Shown: positions 10,178 to 20,530, numbered from the stretch's first letter. The stretch: DNA of 64,000 nucleotides from Planctomycetota bacterium (GCA_036338595.1 JAYZBV010000015.1:2739-66738); one strand, 5' to 3'. Notes: generated from the letters alone by a model not told the origin. Translations and numbers: made by a program.

Positions 10178-10966
10178 ATGTCCGAAGAAGAGAAGAAAAC
10201 CGAAGATCCGGCGACCCCGGCCAAAGACGATGCGGTAACGCCCGAACCGGCTGCGCAGGTCGCTGCTGAACCGACTGCGGAAGCAGCTGCAGAGCCGGTT
10301 GCTACGGCACCCACGGCTGCGGCTTCGCCAAGGACAGCATCGGACGGCCGTGGCCGTGGCGGTGGCGGCGGTGGCGGCGGTGACCGAGGTGGTCGCGGTG
10401 GTGGCGGTGGTCGCGGTGGTCGTGGCGGCGGAGGTGGTGGCCGTGGCGGTCGAGGCCGTGGCCGTGGTGGCCGAGGCCGTGGACGCGATGATGATGACGG
10501 ACCGCGTTACGAGGAGAAGGTCGTCAAGATCAACCGCGTTGCTGCAACCGTCAAGGGCGGTAGACGCATGTCATTCAGTGCGCTTGTCGTTCTTGGCGAC
10601 AAGAAGGGAACCGTCGGAGTCGGGTTTGGCAAGGCCAAGGAAGTTCAGGGAGCGCTGGAAAAAGCCTTCAAGGATGCCCGCAGCAAGATGCACAAGATTC
10701 CGCTGAAAGGGACGACGATCTGTCACGAGGTGCTGGGTGCCGCTGGCACGGCACGGATGAAGATGGTCCCCGCATCCCCTGGAACTGGCGTGATCGCCGG
10801 AGCTTCCGCGCGAGCTGTCCTCGAGTGCGTCGGCGTTCAGGATGTATTGACCAAGCAGTATGGAAGCAACAACCCCCTGAATGTCGTCAAGGCGACTCTC
10901 GAGGGCTTGCTGCGCATGCGCACCAAGGAACAGGTCGAGAAACTGAGGGGAGTGACACTGGCATGA
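10178..10966 (+). CDS. rpsE: 30S ribosomal protein S5 with long acidic plus RGG-rich N-terminal extension
   Basis: [49 protein letters not shown]. Confidence 0.97.
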   Translation: MSEEEKKTEDPATPAKDDAVTPEPAAQVAAEPTAEAAAEPVATAPTAAASPRTASDGRGRGGGGGGGGDRGGRGGGGGRGGRGGGGGGRGGRGRGRGGRGRGRDDDDGPRYEEKVVKINRVAATVKGGRRMSFSALVVLGDKKGTVGVGFGKAKEVQGALEKAFKDARSKMHKIPLKGTTICHEVLGAAGTARMKMVPASPGTGVIAGASARAVLECVGVQDVLTKQYGSNNPLNVVKATLEGLLRMRTKEQVEKLRGVTLA

Positions 10967-11409
10967 ACCTCAACGACTTGAATCAGAGGGCCGGTAAATA
11001 CAAGGACCGGAAAAGGATCGGGCGAGGCCATGCTGCCGGAGGCGGAAAAACCGCCGGTAGAGGCATGAATGGTGCAAAGTCCCGATCAGGATGGAAACGC
11101 AAGCGAGGCTTCGAGGGCGGGCAAACGCCGCTCTTCCAGCGCCTTCCCAAACGGGGTTTCAGCAATGTGCGTTTTCGGGTTTCCTATGACATCGTCAATG
11201 TTGGAGAACTCAATCAGTTGCCAGCAGATGTGGCCAGCGTGAATCTTGAATTCCTCGCCGAACACGGCCTGGTCAAGAAGCGCCACTCGCGCCTGAAAGT
11301 GCTCGGTGGCGGAGAACTCGGCAGGAAGATAGTGGTGGAAGCGACTCGATTCAGCAAGACTGCCCGCGAGCAAATCGAGAAACTTGGCGGCGAAGCGAAG
11401 ACCGTCTAG
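10963..11409 (+). CDS. rplO: 50S ribosomal protein L15
   Basis: RKRIGRG, GKTAGRG, GFEGGQTPLFQRLPKRGF; ATGA overlap with rpsE and no rpmD between them. Confidence 0.98.
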   Translation: MNLNDLNQRAGKYKDRKRIGRGHAAGGGKTAGRGMNGAKSRSGWKRKRGFEGGQTPLFQRLPKRGFSNVRFRVSYDIVNVGELNQLPADVASVNLEFLAEHGLVKKRHSRLKVLGGGELGRKIVVEATRFSKTAREQIEKLGGEAKTV

Positions 11410-11417
11410 GGGAGTTC

Positions 11418-12782
11418 ATGTTCAAGGCAATTGCGAACATCATTGCGATTCCAGACCTGAGGCGCAGGGTCGGATTCACTCTCATGGCGTTGGCGATCTA
11501 CAGGATCGGCTTCTTCATCTACCTTCCAGGAGTCCGGCTGGATGTTCTGGAGGATGCTCTTGATAATGTGCCCGATGGTGGCGGTGGCTTGCTCAGCTTT
11601 CTCGGAATGACGAGTTTGCTGACGGGGGGAAACCTCAGAAACGCGACGATCTTCTCGCTCGGAATCATGCCGTATATCAGTGCGTCCATCATCTTCTCCT
11701 TGATGACCAAGGTATTCCCACGACTCGAGGAGTTACAGAAAGAAGGGGAATCAGGGCGCAAGGTCATCGCGAGGTGGACGCGCTATTCGACGGTTCTCTT
11801 CTGTCTGCTCCAGTCGATCATCGTCGTGCAGGCGATCACCAGCCCCAACTTCCTGGGCAACGGAGTCGCTGTGTCGGATAGCGGCTACGCCCTCGGCTTG
11901 CTTCAGGTGATGGTTCTGACCTGTGGAACCCTGTTTCTGATGTGGCTCGGAGAGAAGATCACCGAGAATGGAATCGGCAATGGCATCTCCTTGATGATCA
12001 TGGCCGGAATCGTCGCCAGCATTCCGACGATGTTCCTGAGCTTTTCAACTGAATGGGCTTCGATGGCCCAGACTCCCGACGATCGTCCATTTTTTGTCGT
12101 GAAGATTCTCGTCCTGTTGCTGTTGTTCTTTGCCATCGTTGCTGGCGTGGTGTTCATCACCAAGGGCCAGCGGCGGATCCCCATCCAGAATGCTCGTACC
12201 GTCAGAGGGCAAGGGGGCCAGAGACACTACATGCCGATCCGGGTCAACAGTGCCGGAGTGCTGCCCATCATCTTCGCACAGTCGCTCCTGATGGTGCCTG
12301 GAGTTGTCCTGACCTTCATACCCGGCGCTCAGGGAATCGGAGCACTGCTGGCACCAGGAGCATTCTGGTACCTGGCGCTGTATGTCGGGATGATCGGGTT
12401 CTTCACATATTTCTGGACCTCTCTCTACTACAACCCGGTAGAGATCGCCGACAACATGAAGGAGCACGGTTCCTTCATTCCCGGAATCCGCCCGGGGCGA
12501 AGGACTGCAGAGTACCTTCAACAGGTATTTGCACGCATCACGCTGGCGGGAGCGGTCTTCCTCGCAGTGATTGCGTTGATTCCCCAGCTGATCTCCAAGG
12601 TGCAGCCCGGTTTTGGAGGTGGCTCCCTGGCGCAGATGATGGGTGGAACAGCGATCCTCATCGTGGTCGGTGTCGCGCTCGACCTTGTCGATAAGATCGA
12701 GGCTCAACTCCTGGCACGTCAGTACGAGGGCTTTGTTGCACCTCGACGAGGGCGATCGGGAGCGACCTCGAGGGACCGCTAA
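11418..12782 (+). CDS. secY: Preprotein translocase subunit SecY
   Basis: IFSLGIMPYISASII, WLGEKITENGIGNGISL, AGVLPIIFA, FIPGIRPG; about 10 hydrophobic segments. Confidence 0.99.
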   Translation: MFKAIANIIAIPDLRRRVGFTLMALAIYRIGFFIYLPGVRLDVLEDALDNVPDGGGGLLSFLGMTSLLTGGNLRNATIFSLGIMPYISASIIFSLMTKVFPRLEELQKEGESGRKVIARWTRYSTVLFCLLQSIIVVQAITSPNFLGNGVAVSDSGYALGLLQVMVLTCGTLFLMWLGEKITENGIGNGISLMIMAGIVASIPTMFLSFSTEWASMAQTPDDRPFFVVKILVLLLLFFAIVAGVVFITKGQRRIPIQNARTVRGQGGQRHYMPIRVNSAGVLPIIFAQSLLMVPGVVLTFIPGAQGIGALLAPGAFWYLALYVGMIGFFTYFWTSLYYNPVEIADNMKEHGSFIPGIRPGRRTAEYLQQVFARITLAGAVFLAVIALIPQLISKVQPGFGGGSLAQMMGGTAILIVVGVALDLVDKIEAQLLARQYEGFVAPRRGRSGATSRDR

Positions 12783-12785
12783 CCG

Positions 12786-13439
12786 GTGCGGCTCGTATTC
12801 CTTGGCCCTCCAGGGGTTGGCAAGGGCACCCAGGCTGCGGGCCTCGCCGCAGAACTGGCGATACCACACATCTCTACCGGAGCGATCCTTCGCGAGGCGC
12901 TGGAGCGCCAGACAGCGACAGGGCTCGAGGCCAAGAAATACATGGACGCGGGGGACCTGGTACCGGATGCAGTGGTGCTGCAACTGGTTCGAGATCGATT
13001 CTCCGAGCCGGATGCTGCCGCGGGTTGGTTACTCGATGGCTATCCACGCAATCTTGATCAAGCCTCAGCACTGGACCAACTCATCCAGGAACTGCAGTTG
13101 ACCCTCGATCACGTGGTCTTCTTTGATTGCGCAGAAGCCGAACTGGTGCGTCGCCTCGGTGGCCGCAGAGTTTGCCGCAACTGCGGAGAGACCTTTCACA
13201 TCGAATTTGCACCTCCTCCCGCATCGGGGCACTGCAGTGGTTCGGGAGACTGTGAAATCTACCAGCGAAGTGACGATGCCGAGGATGCGATCCTCAAACG
13301 GCTCGAGGTTTACCAGCGAGAGACCGGTCCTCTGGTAGAACACTATCGTGGACTGGATCAACTCATCGTTGTCGATGGCGCCAGTGCCATCGAAGATGTG
13401 GCGCTCTCGTTGCGCGGAGCTCTGGGTCTGACATCGTGA
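12786..13439 (+). CDS. adk: Adenylate kinase
   Basis: GPPGVGKGTQA, HISTGAILR, LLDGYPRN, Cys-containing LID (CRNC), QRSDD. Confidence 0.98.
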   Translation: MRLVFLGPPGVGKGTQAAGLAAELAIPHISTGAILREALERQTATGLEAKKYMDAGDLVPDAVVLQLVRDRFSEPDAAAGWLLDGYPRNLDQASALDQLIQELQLTLDHVVFFDCAEAELVRRLGGRRVCRNCGETFHIEFAPPPASGHCSGSGDCEIYQRSDDAEDAILKRLEVYQRETGPLVEHYRGLDQLIVVDGASAIEDVALSLRGALGLTS

Positions 13440-14233
13440 TACAGATCAAATCACCACGAGAGATCGACAGGATGGCAATCCCCGGCGAGATGGTGGCTCG
13501 TACCTTCCAGGCCATCGCAGCGCTGATCAGACCCGGAGTCCGTACCCTCGAGATCGATGAGGCGGTGCGGGATTCCGTCAAGGATCTCGGCGGCAAGCCG
13601 CTCTTTCTCGGATACCACGGATTTCCGGCCCATTCCTGCATCTCCGTCAATGAGGAGGTGGTCCATGGGATCCCCGGTGCCCGCGAACTGGCCGATGGGG
13701 ACCTGGTCTCGATCGACATCGGCATCGAGGCGGAGGGCTTCTGCGGCGACTCGGCACGATCCTTCATCATCGGGGAGGGGAGTGAGGAGACGCGCTCGAC
13801 GCTGCGAGTCTGTCGCGAGGCACTCGCTGCAGGGATCGCCCAGGCGCAGCCCGGAAACTCCCTGGTCGGGCTGGTAGAGGCCATCGAAGCTCGAATTCGA
13901 GCCGCGGATCTCGGTCTCGTCGAGAAGTTCGTCGGCCACGGCATCGGCAGAAACATGCACGAGGAGCCTCAGGTACCGAATTTCGTCTCCAGGAGCCTCA
14001 AGCATAACGATATCGAACTTCGCCCCGGCCTGGTTCTGGCCCTGGAGCCGATGGTCAATGCCGGCACCGGAGATGTCGTCACCCTCGAGGACGGTTGGAC
14101 GGTCGTGACCGCAGACGCGAGAGTATCGGCCCATTGTGAACATACGGTCGCCGTCACCGAGGAGGGTCCCAGGGTCCTCACGCTCGGTCCGGGAGAGTGC
14201 TGGCCGCCGATTCCAGGAACGCCAGGCCAGTAG
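13436..14233 (+). CDS. map: Type I methionine aminopeptidase
   Basis: CISVNEEVVHGIP, IDIG..DSAR, GHGIGRNMHEEP, LALEPM, SAHCEHTV. Confidence 0.98.
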   Translation: MIQIKSPREIDRMAIPGEMVARTFQAIAALIRPGVRTLEIDEAVRDSVKDLGGKPLFLGYHGFPAHSCISVNEEVVHGIPGARELADGDLVSIDIGIEAEGFCGDSARSFIIGEGSEETRSTLRVCREALAAGIAQAQPGNSLVGLVEAIEARIRAADLGLVEKFVGHGIGRNMHEEPQVPNFVSRSLKHNDIELRPGLVLALEPMVNAGTGDVVTLEDGWTVVTADARVSAHCEHTVAVTEEGPRVLTLGPGECWPPIPGTPGQ

Positions 14234-14296
14234 CGCTGCTGGAACTCTGCGGGCCACGAATTTGCCGGAATTATCATGGAATTACAGGGATGCGCC

Positions 14297-14326
14297 TTGA
14301 CGCTCGATGCCCCCTCTAAGTATAGT
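14297..14326 (+). promoter_or_regulatory. Candidate sigma70 promoter for the rpmJ/alpha operon
   Basis: TTGACG (14297-14302), 18-nt spacer, TATAGT (14321-14326), in the map-rpmJ gap. Confidence 0.55.
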
Positions 14327-14548
14327 CTCCGCTTCCCCTTGTCCATGGTGGGCGAGTTGTGTCGTTCCGATTCTGGGCGGAATCGGTTCCGTTGCTCGTT
14401 GCATCGCTGAGTTGGCGAATTGGCAGTGCGGACGAGTTCTGCGGTGCCGGTGGGGAAAGTTGTTTCGAGGAGAAGGGTCTGGCGATAGATCCCCCTCCAG
14501 CGACAGACTGCCGGGCTGTTCTCCCGGGTACGGGAGTGAGGGGACACC

Positions 14549-14665
14549 ATGAAGGTACGAGCTTCCGTGAAGCGGATTTGCGAAAACTGCAAATTGATCC
14601 GTCGCAAGGGAGTACTGCGTGTCTTGTGTACCAATCCTCGTCACAAACAGCGACAAGGCAAGTAA
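14549..14665 (+). CDS. rpmJ: 50S ribosomal protein L36 (not in the supplied ORF track)
   Basis: Hand translation [38 protein letters not shown]. Confidence 0.98.
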   Translation: MKVRASVKRICENCKLIRRKGVLRVLCTNPRHKQRQGK

Positions 14666-14732
14666 AGAAATCACAAGGCGGATACGGGAGTGATTCCGTG
14701 GCGCTGGAGTTGAAGTAGGGTCGGAAGATAGT

Positions 14733-15101
14733 ATGCCGAGAATCCAGGGTGTTGACATCCCACCGAACAAGCGCGTCCATGTGGCGTTGACTTATATCTA
14801 TGGGATCGGAAACAAGGTCGCGATGGACATCTGCGAAGCGGCGGGTATTGCGCCGGAGATCAAATCGCGGGATCTGAGCGAAGATGAAGTGAGCAGGATC
14901 TCCACGGAGATCCAGAACTCTCATGTTGTCGAGGGGCAACTTCGCCGACAGGTGCAGCAGAACATCACTCGTCTCAAGGACATCGCTTGTTACCGAGGAA
15001 TTCGACACCGTCGTGGATTGCCAGTACGTGGGCAGAACACCCGGACCAATGCTCGGACCCGTAAGGGTCCAACTCGAACCATGGCGAAGAAGAAAAAGTG
15101 A
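14733..15101 (+). CDS. rpsM: 30S ribosomal protein S13
   Basis: [45 protein letters not shown]. Confidence 0.99.
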   Translation: MPRIQGVDIPPNKRVHVALTYIYGIGNKVAMDICEAAGIAPEIKSRDLSEDEVSRISTEIQNSHVVEGQLRRQVQQNITRLKDIACYRGIRHRRGLPVRGQNTRTNARTRKGPTRTMAKKKK

Positions 15102-15124
15102 CCTTTTGAATCGGAGATCTTGAA

Positions 15125-15505
15125 TTGGCGAAGGCAGCAAAAAAGAAGATTCGGCGCAACATTTCGCGTGGAATCGTTCATATCAAATCGACCTTCAACA
15201 ATACCGTCATATCCCTCACCGATTCGGAGGGAAATGCTCTGATGAGTCAGAGCGGCGGTACTGTGGGGTACAAGGGTAGTCGTAAATCGACCCCCTTTGC
15301 TGCCCAGAGGGCGGCTGAGAACTGTGCAGCGGCCGCCAAGAAGATGGGGATCACCCAGGTGGACCTCAGGGTCAAGGGCCCCGGGTCCGGCCGTGAGTCG
15401 GCGATACGGGCCATCCAGTCGAGTGGGCTGGAAATCCTCGCCATCGAGGATGTGACCCCGCTTCCCCACAATGGATGTCGACCGCGCAAGAAGCGTAGAG
15501 TCTGA
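15125..15505 (+). CDS. rpsK: 30S ribosomal protein S11, TTG start
   Basis: [40 protein letters not shown]. Confidence 0.99.
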   Translation: MAKAAKKKIRRNISRGIVHIKSTFNNTVISLTDSEGNALMSQSGGTVGYKGSRKSTPFAAQRAAENCAAAAKKMGITQVDLRVKGPGSGRESAIRAIQSSGLEILAIEDVTPLPHNGCRPRKKRRV

Positions 15506-15519
15506 GGAGAAGAAACAGC

Positions 15520-16146
15520 ATGGCAAGAATCCTCGGACCTAAATGCAGACTTTGTCGTCGTGACGGCGATCGCCTCTACCTGAAGGGTGCCCGCTGTCAT
15601 ACTGCGAAATGCGCCATCGCCAAGCGGGGATATCCGCCTGGAATGCATGGCTTCCGTCGTGGCCGACCGTCTGAGTACGGAATCCGTTTGCGTGAGAAAC
15701 AAAAAGCAAAGCGGATCTACGGAGTGCTCGAGAGGCAATTCAGGAAGTACTTTGCTGAAGCCGATCGACTTCGAGGAAATACGGGAGCGAACCTTTTGAT
15801 CTTGCTGGAGAGGAGACTCGATAATGTCGTCTTCCAGCTGGGGTTTGCCGACAGCCGCAGTCAGGCTCGTCAATTTGTTGCGCATGGTCATGTGACCGTG
15901 AATGGAAGAAAACTCGATGTCTCATCCCATCTCGTGAAGGTGGGGGATGTCATCGCTCCAAAAGCGCACAAGAAGAGCGAGTCTCTGGCGAGAGAGAGGG
16001 TAGAGGGGCAGCAAGGCCGATCCGTTCCGGAATGGTTGAACCTCGATGCCAAGGAGTTGAAGGGATCGGTCACCCGATTCCCTGCCCGCGAGGATGTGGC
16101 GATTCCGATCCAGGAGGCGTACATCGTCGAGTTCAGCTCCCGCTAG
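15520..16146 (+). CDS. rpsD: 30S ribosomal protein S4
   Basis: CRLCRR, LREKQK, LERRLDNVV, ARQFVAHGH, IVEFSSR. Confidence 0.99.
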   Translation: MARILGPKCRLCRRDGDRLYLKGARCHTAKCAIAKRGYPPGMHGFRRGRPSEYGIRLREKQKAKRIYGVLERQFRKYFAEADRLRGNTGANLLILLERRLDNVVFQLGFADSRSQARQFVAHGHVTVNGRKLDVSSHLVKVGDVIAPKAHKKSESLARERVEGQQGRSVPEWLNLDAKELKGSVTRFPAREDVAIPIQEAYIVEFSSR

Positions 16147-16222
16147 GGGAGTTGTTTGGTTGATTTTAGATTCCTTGTAGCGACGGGGAAGATTCCAACG
16201 CTGCGAGAAGGGAGCCCAATCC

Positions 16223-17212
16223 ATGTCGATGCGTGTTCGTTGGCGTGAATTCGAACTGCCGAACCGAGTCGAGTGCGAAGCTGATTCCAGCAGTTCAAAC
16301 TTCGGGAAGTTCATCATCGAGCCCTTCGAGAAGGGGTTTGGCCACACCGTGGGAAACAGCCTGCGCAGGGTGCTGCTCTCCTCCATCGAGGGTGCGGCGC
16401 TGGTTCAAGCCCGGATCGACGGCGTTGATCATGAATATGCGACCAAGGAAGGTGTCCTCGAGGACATCGCCCATGTCGTACTCAATCTCAAGCAGGTGCT
16501 GGTTGAACTGCGCGGAGTCAATGAAGCCGAGTTGACGATTCAGAAGTCCGGAGTCGGTGAGATCACCGCAGGTGATATCGATCATGGTGAGGATGTCATC
16601 ATCCATAATCCAGATCTGGTGATCGCCACCCTGACGAAGGATGTTGAATTCAAGGCGGAATTGACGGCGCGAATAGGAAGAGGCTACTACACCGCAGCAG
16701 AGAACTCGGGAGACCAGAAGGACATCGGGCTGATCTGGCTCGACTCCACATTCTCTCCCGTCCACAGGGTCCGGTATCGTGTGGAATCGACCCGTGTTGG
16801 ACAATTGACCAACTACGATAAGTTGATCCTCGAAATCTGGACCAATGGGACTGTCGAGCCAGACAGCGTGCTGGTCGAGTCGGGCAAGATCCTGCGAAAA
16901 CACCTGACGCCGGTGGTCAAGTACTTCGAACTGGGCTCAGAGGTTCTGCAGCCACGCATCCCCGATATCGAGATGCCAGATACCGAGGATGAGGAGACGA
17001 GGCAACTGCTCGATATGCCCCTCTCCCAGCTGGAATTGTCGGTGAGGGCGTCGAATTGTCTCGAATCGATGAATATCTCGACTCTCAGAGAATTGATCCG
17101 CCTTCGGGAGGATGATCTGCTGAGAATCCGGAACTTTGGTCAGACCTCACTGGAGGAACTGAAAGTGAAATTGACTGATCTCAACCTCGAACTGGGACAA
17201 GTCCCGGGCTAG
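16223..17212 (+). CDS. rpoA: RNA polymerase subunit alpha
   Basis: EPFEKGFGHTVGNSLRRVLLSS, FSPV, YDKLILEIWTNG, LELSVRASNCL, RNFGQTSL. Confidence 0.99.
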   Translation: MSMRVRWREFELPNRVECEADSSSSNFGKFIIEPFEKGFGHTVGNSLRRVLLSSIEGAALVQARIDGVDHEYATKEGVLEDIAHVVLNLKQVLVELRGVNEAELTIQKSGVGEITAGDIDHGEDVIIHNPDLVIATLTKDVEFKAELTARIGRGYYTAAENSGDQKDIGLIWLDSTFSPVHRVRYRVESTRVGQLTNYDKLILEIWTNGTVEPDSVLVESGKILRKHLTPVVKYFELGSEVLQPRIPDIEMPDTEDEETRQLLDMPLSQLELSVRASNCLESMNISTLRELIRLREDDLLRIRNFGQTSLEELKVKLTDLNLELGQVPG

Positions 17213-17231
17213 GTCTTCAGGAGTACCTTCG

Positions 17232-17978
17232 ATGCGCCACCGCGTTGCCGGAAAAAAGCTGAACCGTACGAGTAGCCACCGCAAGGCGCTCGCAAAGAAC
17301 CTGATGCGTGCCTTTCTCATCGAATGGCAGGGCAAGGGCCACATCGTCACGACTCGGTCCAAGGCGAAGTTCATCCAGCCGAAGATCGAGAAGTTGATCT
17401 CACTTTCGCGCAACAAGACGGTTCACAATGTTCGACGAGCCATGTCTCTCATCGGTGATAGAGATGCCGTTCGAGTGCTGTTCGATGAAATCGGTCCTTA
17501 CTACAACGAACGGCCAGGGGGCTATACCCGGGTGCTGAGGCTGGTCAAGCCTCGTCTAGGGGATGCTTCGATACGGGCCTATCTTGGCTATGTCCGCGCG
17601 GATGATGATTATCCTGAGGGCGACTGTCGAGCGAAGGATACCGTCGAGAGTGCTGCTACCGGGGAAGCAGTTGTCAGCGAAGAGACCCCCAGCGAGGAAA
17701 TCGTCAGCGAAGAGGTCGTCAGCGAAGAGGTCGCCAGTGAAACTGCCGATCCGGTTGCCAGTGAAGATGGCGATGCCCAGGGGGCCACAGCAGCGGATTC
17801 AGCCGCCGCAGAAGAGCCCGAATCTGGAGAGGTAGTGCCAGAGGCGCAAGACGAATCCGAATCCGCTGACGAGATCGCTGCAGAGAGTGACGATGCGTCG
17901 GAGTCCGCTGAATCGGAGGTCGAGGACTCCAGTTCCTCGGAGGAGGAGAAAGAATCTCCTTCAGATAAAGACCAGTAA
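17232..17978 (+). CDS. rplQ: 50S ribosomal protein L17 with ~120-aa acidic C-terminal tail
   Basis: MRHRVAGKKLNRTSSHRKAL, ERPGGYTRV, RLGDAS, followed by an E/S/A/D-rich tail. Confidence 0.97.
   Translation: MRHRVAGKKLNRTSSHRKALAKNLMRAFLIEWQGKGHIVTTRSKAKFIQPKIEKLISLSRNKTVHNVRRAMSLIGDRDAVRVLFDEIGPYYNERPGGYTRVLRLVKPRLGDASIRAYLGYVRADDDYPEGDCRAKDTVESAATGEAVVSEETPSEEIVSEEVVSEEVASETADPVASEDGDAQGATAADSAAAEEPESGEVVPEAQDESESADEIAAESDDASESAESEVEDSSSSEEEKESPSDKDQ
17673..17747 (+). repeat. Five degenerate 15-bp tandem units encoding xSExx in the rplQ tail
   Basis: gtcagcgaagagacc / cccagcgaggaaatc / gtcagcgaagaggtc / gtcagcgaagaggtc / gccagtgaaactgcc. Confidence 0.8.
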
Positions 17979-18342
17979 CCGCTGCTGAACCGCCTCCAGC
18001 CTTCCCTCGCTGATTTCCTCTTGCGGTCCGTGTGAGCCGATACGCTCATGATGATCGACTCCGGTCGCGGCAGGAGCCCGCCCCAAAGGGTTCCAGCGCT
18101 CTCCACATCCACGAATAGCGCACTGATCCGAGCAAATCCCTGCTCAATACCGTCCGAGGCACCCTCGATGGCACTGGTCAATCGTGCCTTACCGATGCTC
18201 GAGTCACGGCACCCTGGCGTGATATGTAGCGAACTTCCCGAGGGTCCTGGAGGCTTTCAGGGAGGGTAAACCTTGAGGATCATGGAGCAGTTGAAAGATA
18301 CTCAACGGATTCACCGGTTGAATATGATTGAGTAGCCAATCT

Positions 18343-18452
18343 TTGACATTCGAACAGTTGTGACTATTTTGAATTCGGCCTGATAACCATTACTTTGAGC
18401 GAACAAACACGACATTACATAGTTGACACGGCAACGCGCGTGTAGTCATATT
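18343..18452 (+). promoter_or_regulatory. Two tandem candidate sigma70 promoters upstream of the cohesin-dockerin array
   Basis: TTGACA (18343)-16-TATTTT and TTGACA (18423)-18-CATATT in an AT-rich intergenic stretch. Confidence 0.5.
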
Positions 18453-18631
18453 GTGTTGTGCTCAATGGGAGGTGTTCTGAGTCAGATCCCCAATAAGCAC
18501 CGGAATAGTATTTTCGAGAACCCGTCAGGTTTCTCGCGCTCTCGGAAAGGGGAGCCATGAGAAACGAATCCGAATGTTGAATTATTTTGGTTGGGCTTTG
18601 TTACACATTTTATTGACCAAGGGAGGAGATC

Positions 18632-20530
18632 ATGGATCTCTCAAATGCAGCGCCCAGGGCGCTCAAAATGCAGTGGATTACCGTTGCGCTCTTGTTCGTT
18701 TCCTCTTCGGTATTCGCAGGAGGTGGACAGTCGCTGAGCATCAGTAGTACCAGTACTCAGGGACTCGCACCGGCGAGCATGACCATCAGCCTGGATTCGA
18801 CAGATGCAACCGAGGGATATGTTCTCGCGGTTGCCTACGACGATTCGCAGGCGAGCGTTTCTGATCTCTCCACGGCAGGCACTGCCACCGAGAGTTCCAA
18901 CTCCGAGTTGGTCGTTCCGGAGATCCTCTCCGGCGGATTTACTCTTGGAGTGGTCGTGGACGCAGAACCTCCATTCGACGGGCATTCGATACCTGCTGGA
19001 TCGGGTCAGACTCTGGCTACGGTCACGGTGACCCCGATGGCGGTTGTGTCTGTTGAGACCGATATCGATTTCTCCTTCTCTGACAACACGCTCAACAATC
19101 CACCTCTGGCCAATATCATCGTCCAGGGTGGAATGTCGGTCGGTGCTGCAGATGGCCTGGGACTCAATGGGGGCACATTGACTCTCAATGTTCCTCCTCC
19201 GGCCACGATGAGCATCGAAGACGGTTCTGCAACTGCAGACGGAGAGGGCAGCACAGGCGATGCTCGAGTCATGCTCGATAACAGCCTCGGTGGCGTCCAG
19301 GGCTTCGTCACCGCCATTTCGCATGATCCTGCCGTGATCACCCTCGAGTCGATCTCCACCGGTGCGGATACAGATGCAGCTGGCGCCGAGTTCCAGATCT
19401 CGAACACCTATGCCAATGGTGGAACCTTTGGAGTCGTGCTCGATTTCTCGAGTCCCTTCGAAGGTCAGACGATTCCCGAGGGTAATGGCGTTCACCTGGC
19501 GAGTTACACCTACTCCTGCAACAACGAAAATATCTATGTTGAGGGAGAGCCTACACCCACCAGTGAGACCAGTGCCTTGACCCTCACAGATGGGACTCTC
19601 GGATCTCCGACGCTCGACAATGTGATCGTCGTGGGTGGTCTGTCGATTTCTCCGCTGCAGGAGAATGGCACCTTCACCTGTGATCCGATCGCCTTCCCTG
19701 CGGAGGACACGATTCTCTGGATGGAGACCGAGTTCGACGAGGGCTCCGGTAACTACGCCTACCACGGTCAGACCGGAGACCTGTGCTTCTTCTATGCCGA
19801 CGAAGACGATTACATCCAGGGCTTCACCTTCACCGTCTGCTACGACTGCAATCTGACAATTCATGAGGACTCCTGGGAGTTCAACGGATCGATCCTGGAT
19901 CAGGTCGGTGTCGAGTACACCGCGGTACAGGTTGATGACGACCCCGATGACGGAGACGGCTGCGAACTGGTTGTCGCGCTGCTTCTCGACGCGCTACCGC
20001 CTTTCGACGGCCAGACACTTCCGCAGACGATGTCCACCAGCGGCAACTCCGCAGATGGTCGTCTGTTGGTCGGCAAGATGCGAATCACCGTCGATATGGA
20101 TGCTGAGTGTAACGAGGATCAGTTGATCGAATGGTGCAACGACATCAACGGCACCGGGGATGTGAATCTCTACAACAACGTGGTCATCGACTTCGAATCG
20201 CTCCAGATCTACGAGCGCAACGACACTCTGGTGCACGTCGTGCCGGAAGAGATCTTCCAGCGTGGCGACTGCAACAGCGACGACAAGGTCGACCTGGCTG
20301 ACACCGCAACAATGCTTGCGAACCAGTTCAATGGACTCGATATCCTGTGTCCTGATGCCTGTGACTCGAATGATGATGGTCATCTGAACATGGCGGACGC
20401 TGTCCACCTGCTCAACTGGCTCTTCAAGTTCGGAGATACACCGCCGGCGCCAGGCCCCCTCGAAGACGGGCCGGATGCTACTCAAGATGACACGCTGCCA
20501 GTATGTGACAGCGACGATACGAACTGTTAG
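18632..20530 (+). CDS. Secreted type A protein A1: three cohesin-like domains plus a C-terminal dockerin-like domain
   Basis: Signal peptide ending SVFA; three repeats of G[FY]xxxxx[YH]D..G[FT]TLGVV.D..PF.GQ.I..N.[IV]V; tail FQRGDCNSDDKVDLAD..DACDSNDDGHLNMAD..LF..PPAPGP; GGGAGGAG ribosome-binding site. Confidence 0.8.
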   Translation: MDLSNAAPRALKMQWITVALLFVSSSVFAGGGQSLSISSTSTQGLAPASMTISLDSTDATEGYVLAVAYDDSQASVSDLSTAGTATESSNSELVVPEILSGGFTLGVVVDAEPPFDGHSIPAGSGQTLATVTVTPMAVVSVETDIDFSFSDNTLNNPPLANIIVQGGMSVGAADGLGLNGGTLTLNVPPPATMSIEDGSATADGEGSTGDARVMLDNSLGGVQGFVTAISHDPAVITLESISTGADTDAAGAEFQISNTYANGGTFGVVLDFSSPFEGQTIPEGNGVHLASYTYSCNNENIYVEGEPTPTSETSALTLTDGTLGSPTLDNVIVVGGLSISPLQENGTFTCDPIAFPAEDTILWMETEFDEGSGNYAYHGQTGDLCFFYADEDDYIQGFTFTVCYDCNLTIHEDSWEFNGSILDQVGVEYTAVQVDDDPDDGDGCELVVALLLDALPPFDGQTLPQTMSTSGNSADGRLLVGKMRITVDMDAECNEDQLIEWCNDINGTGDVNLYNNVVIDFESLQIYERNDTLVHVVPEEIFQRGDCNSDDKVDLADTATMLANQFNGLDILCPDACDSNDDGHLNMADAVHLLNWLFKFGDTPPAPGPLEDGPDATQDDTLPVCDSDDTNC

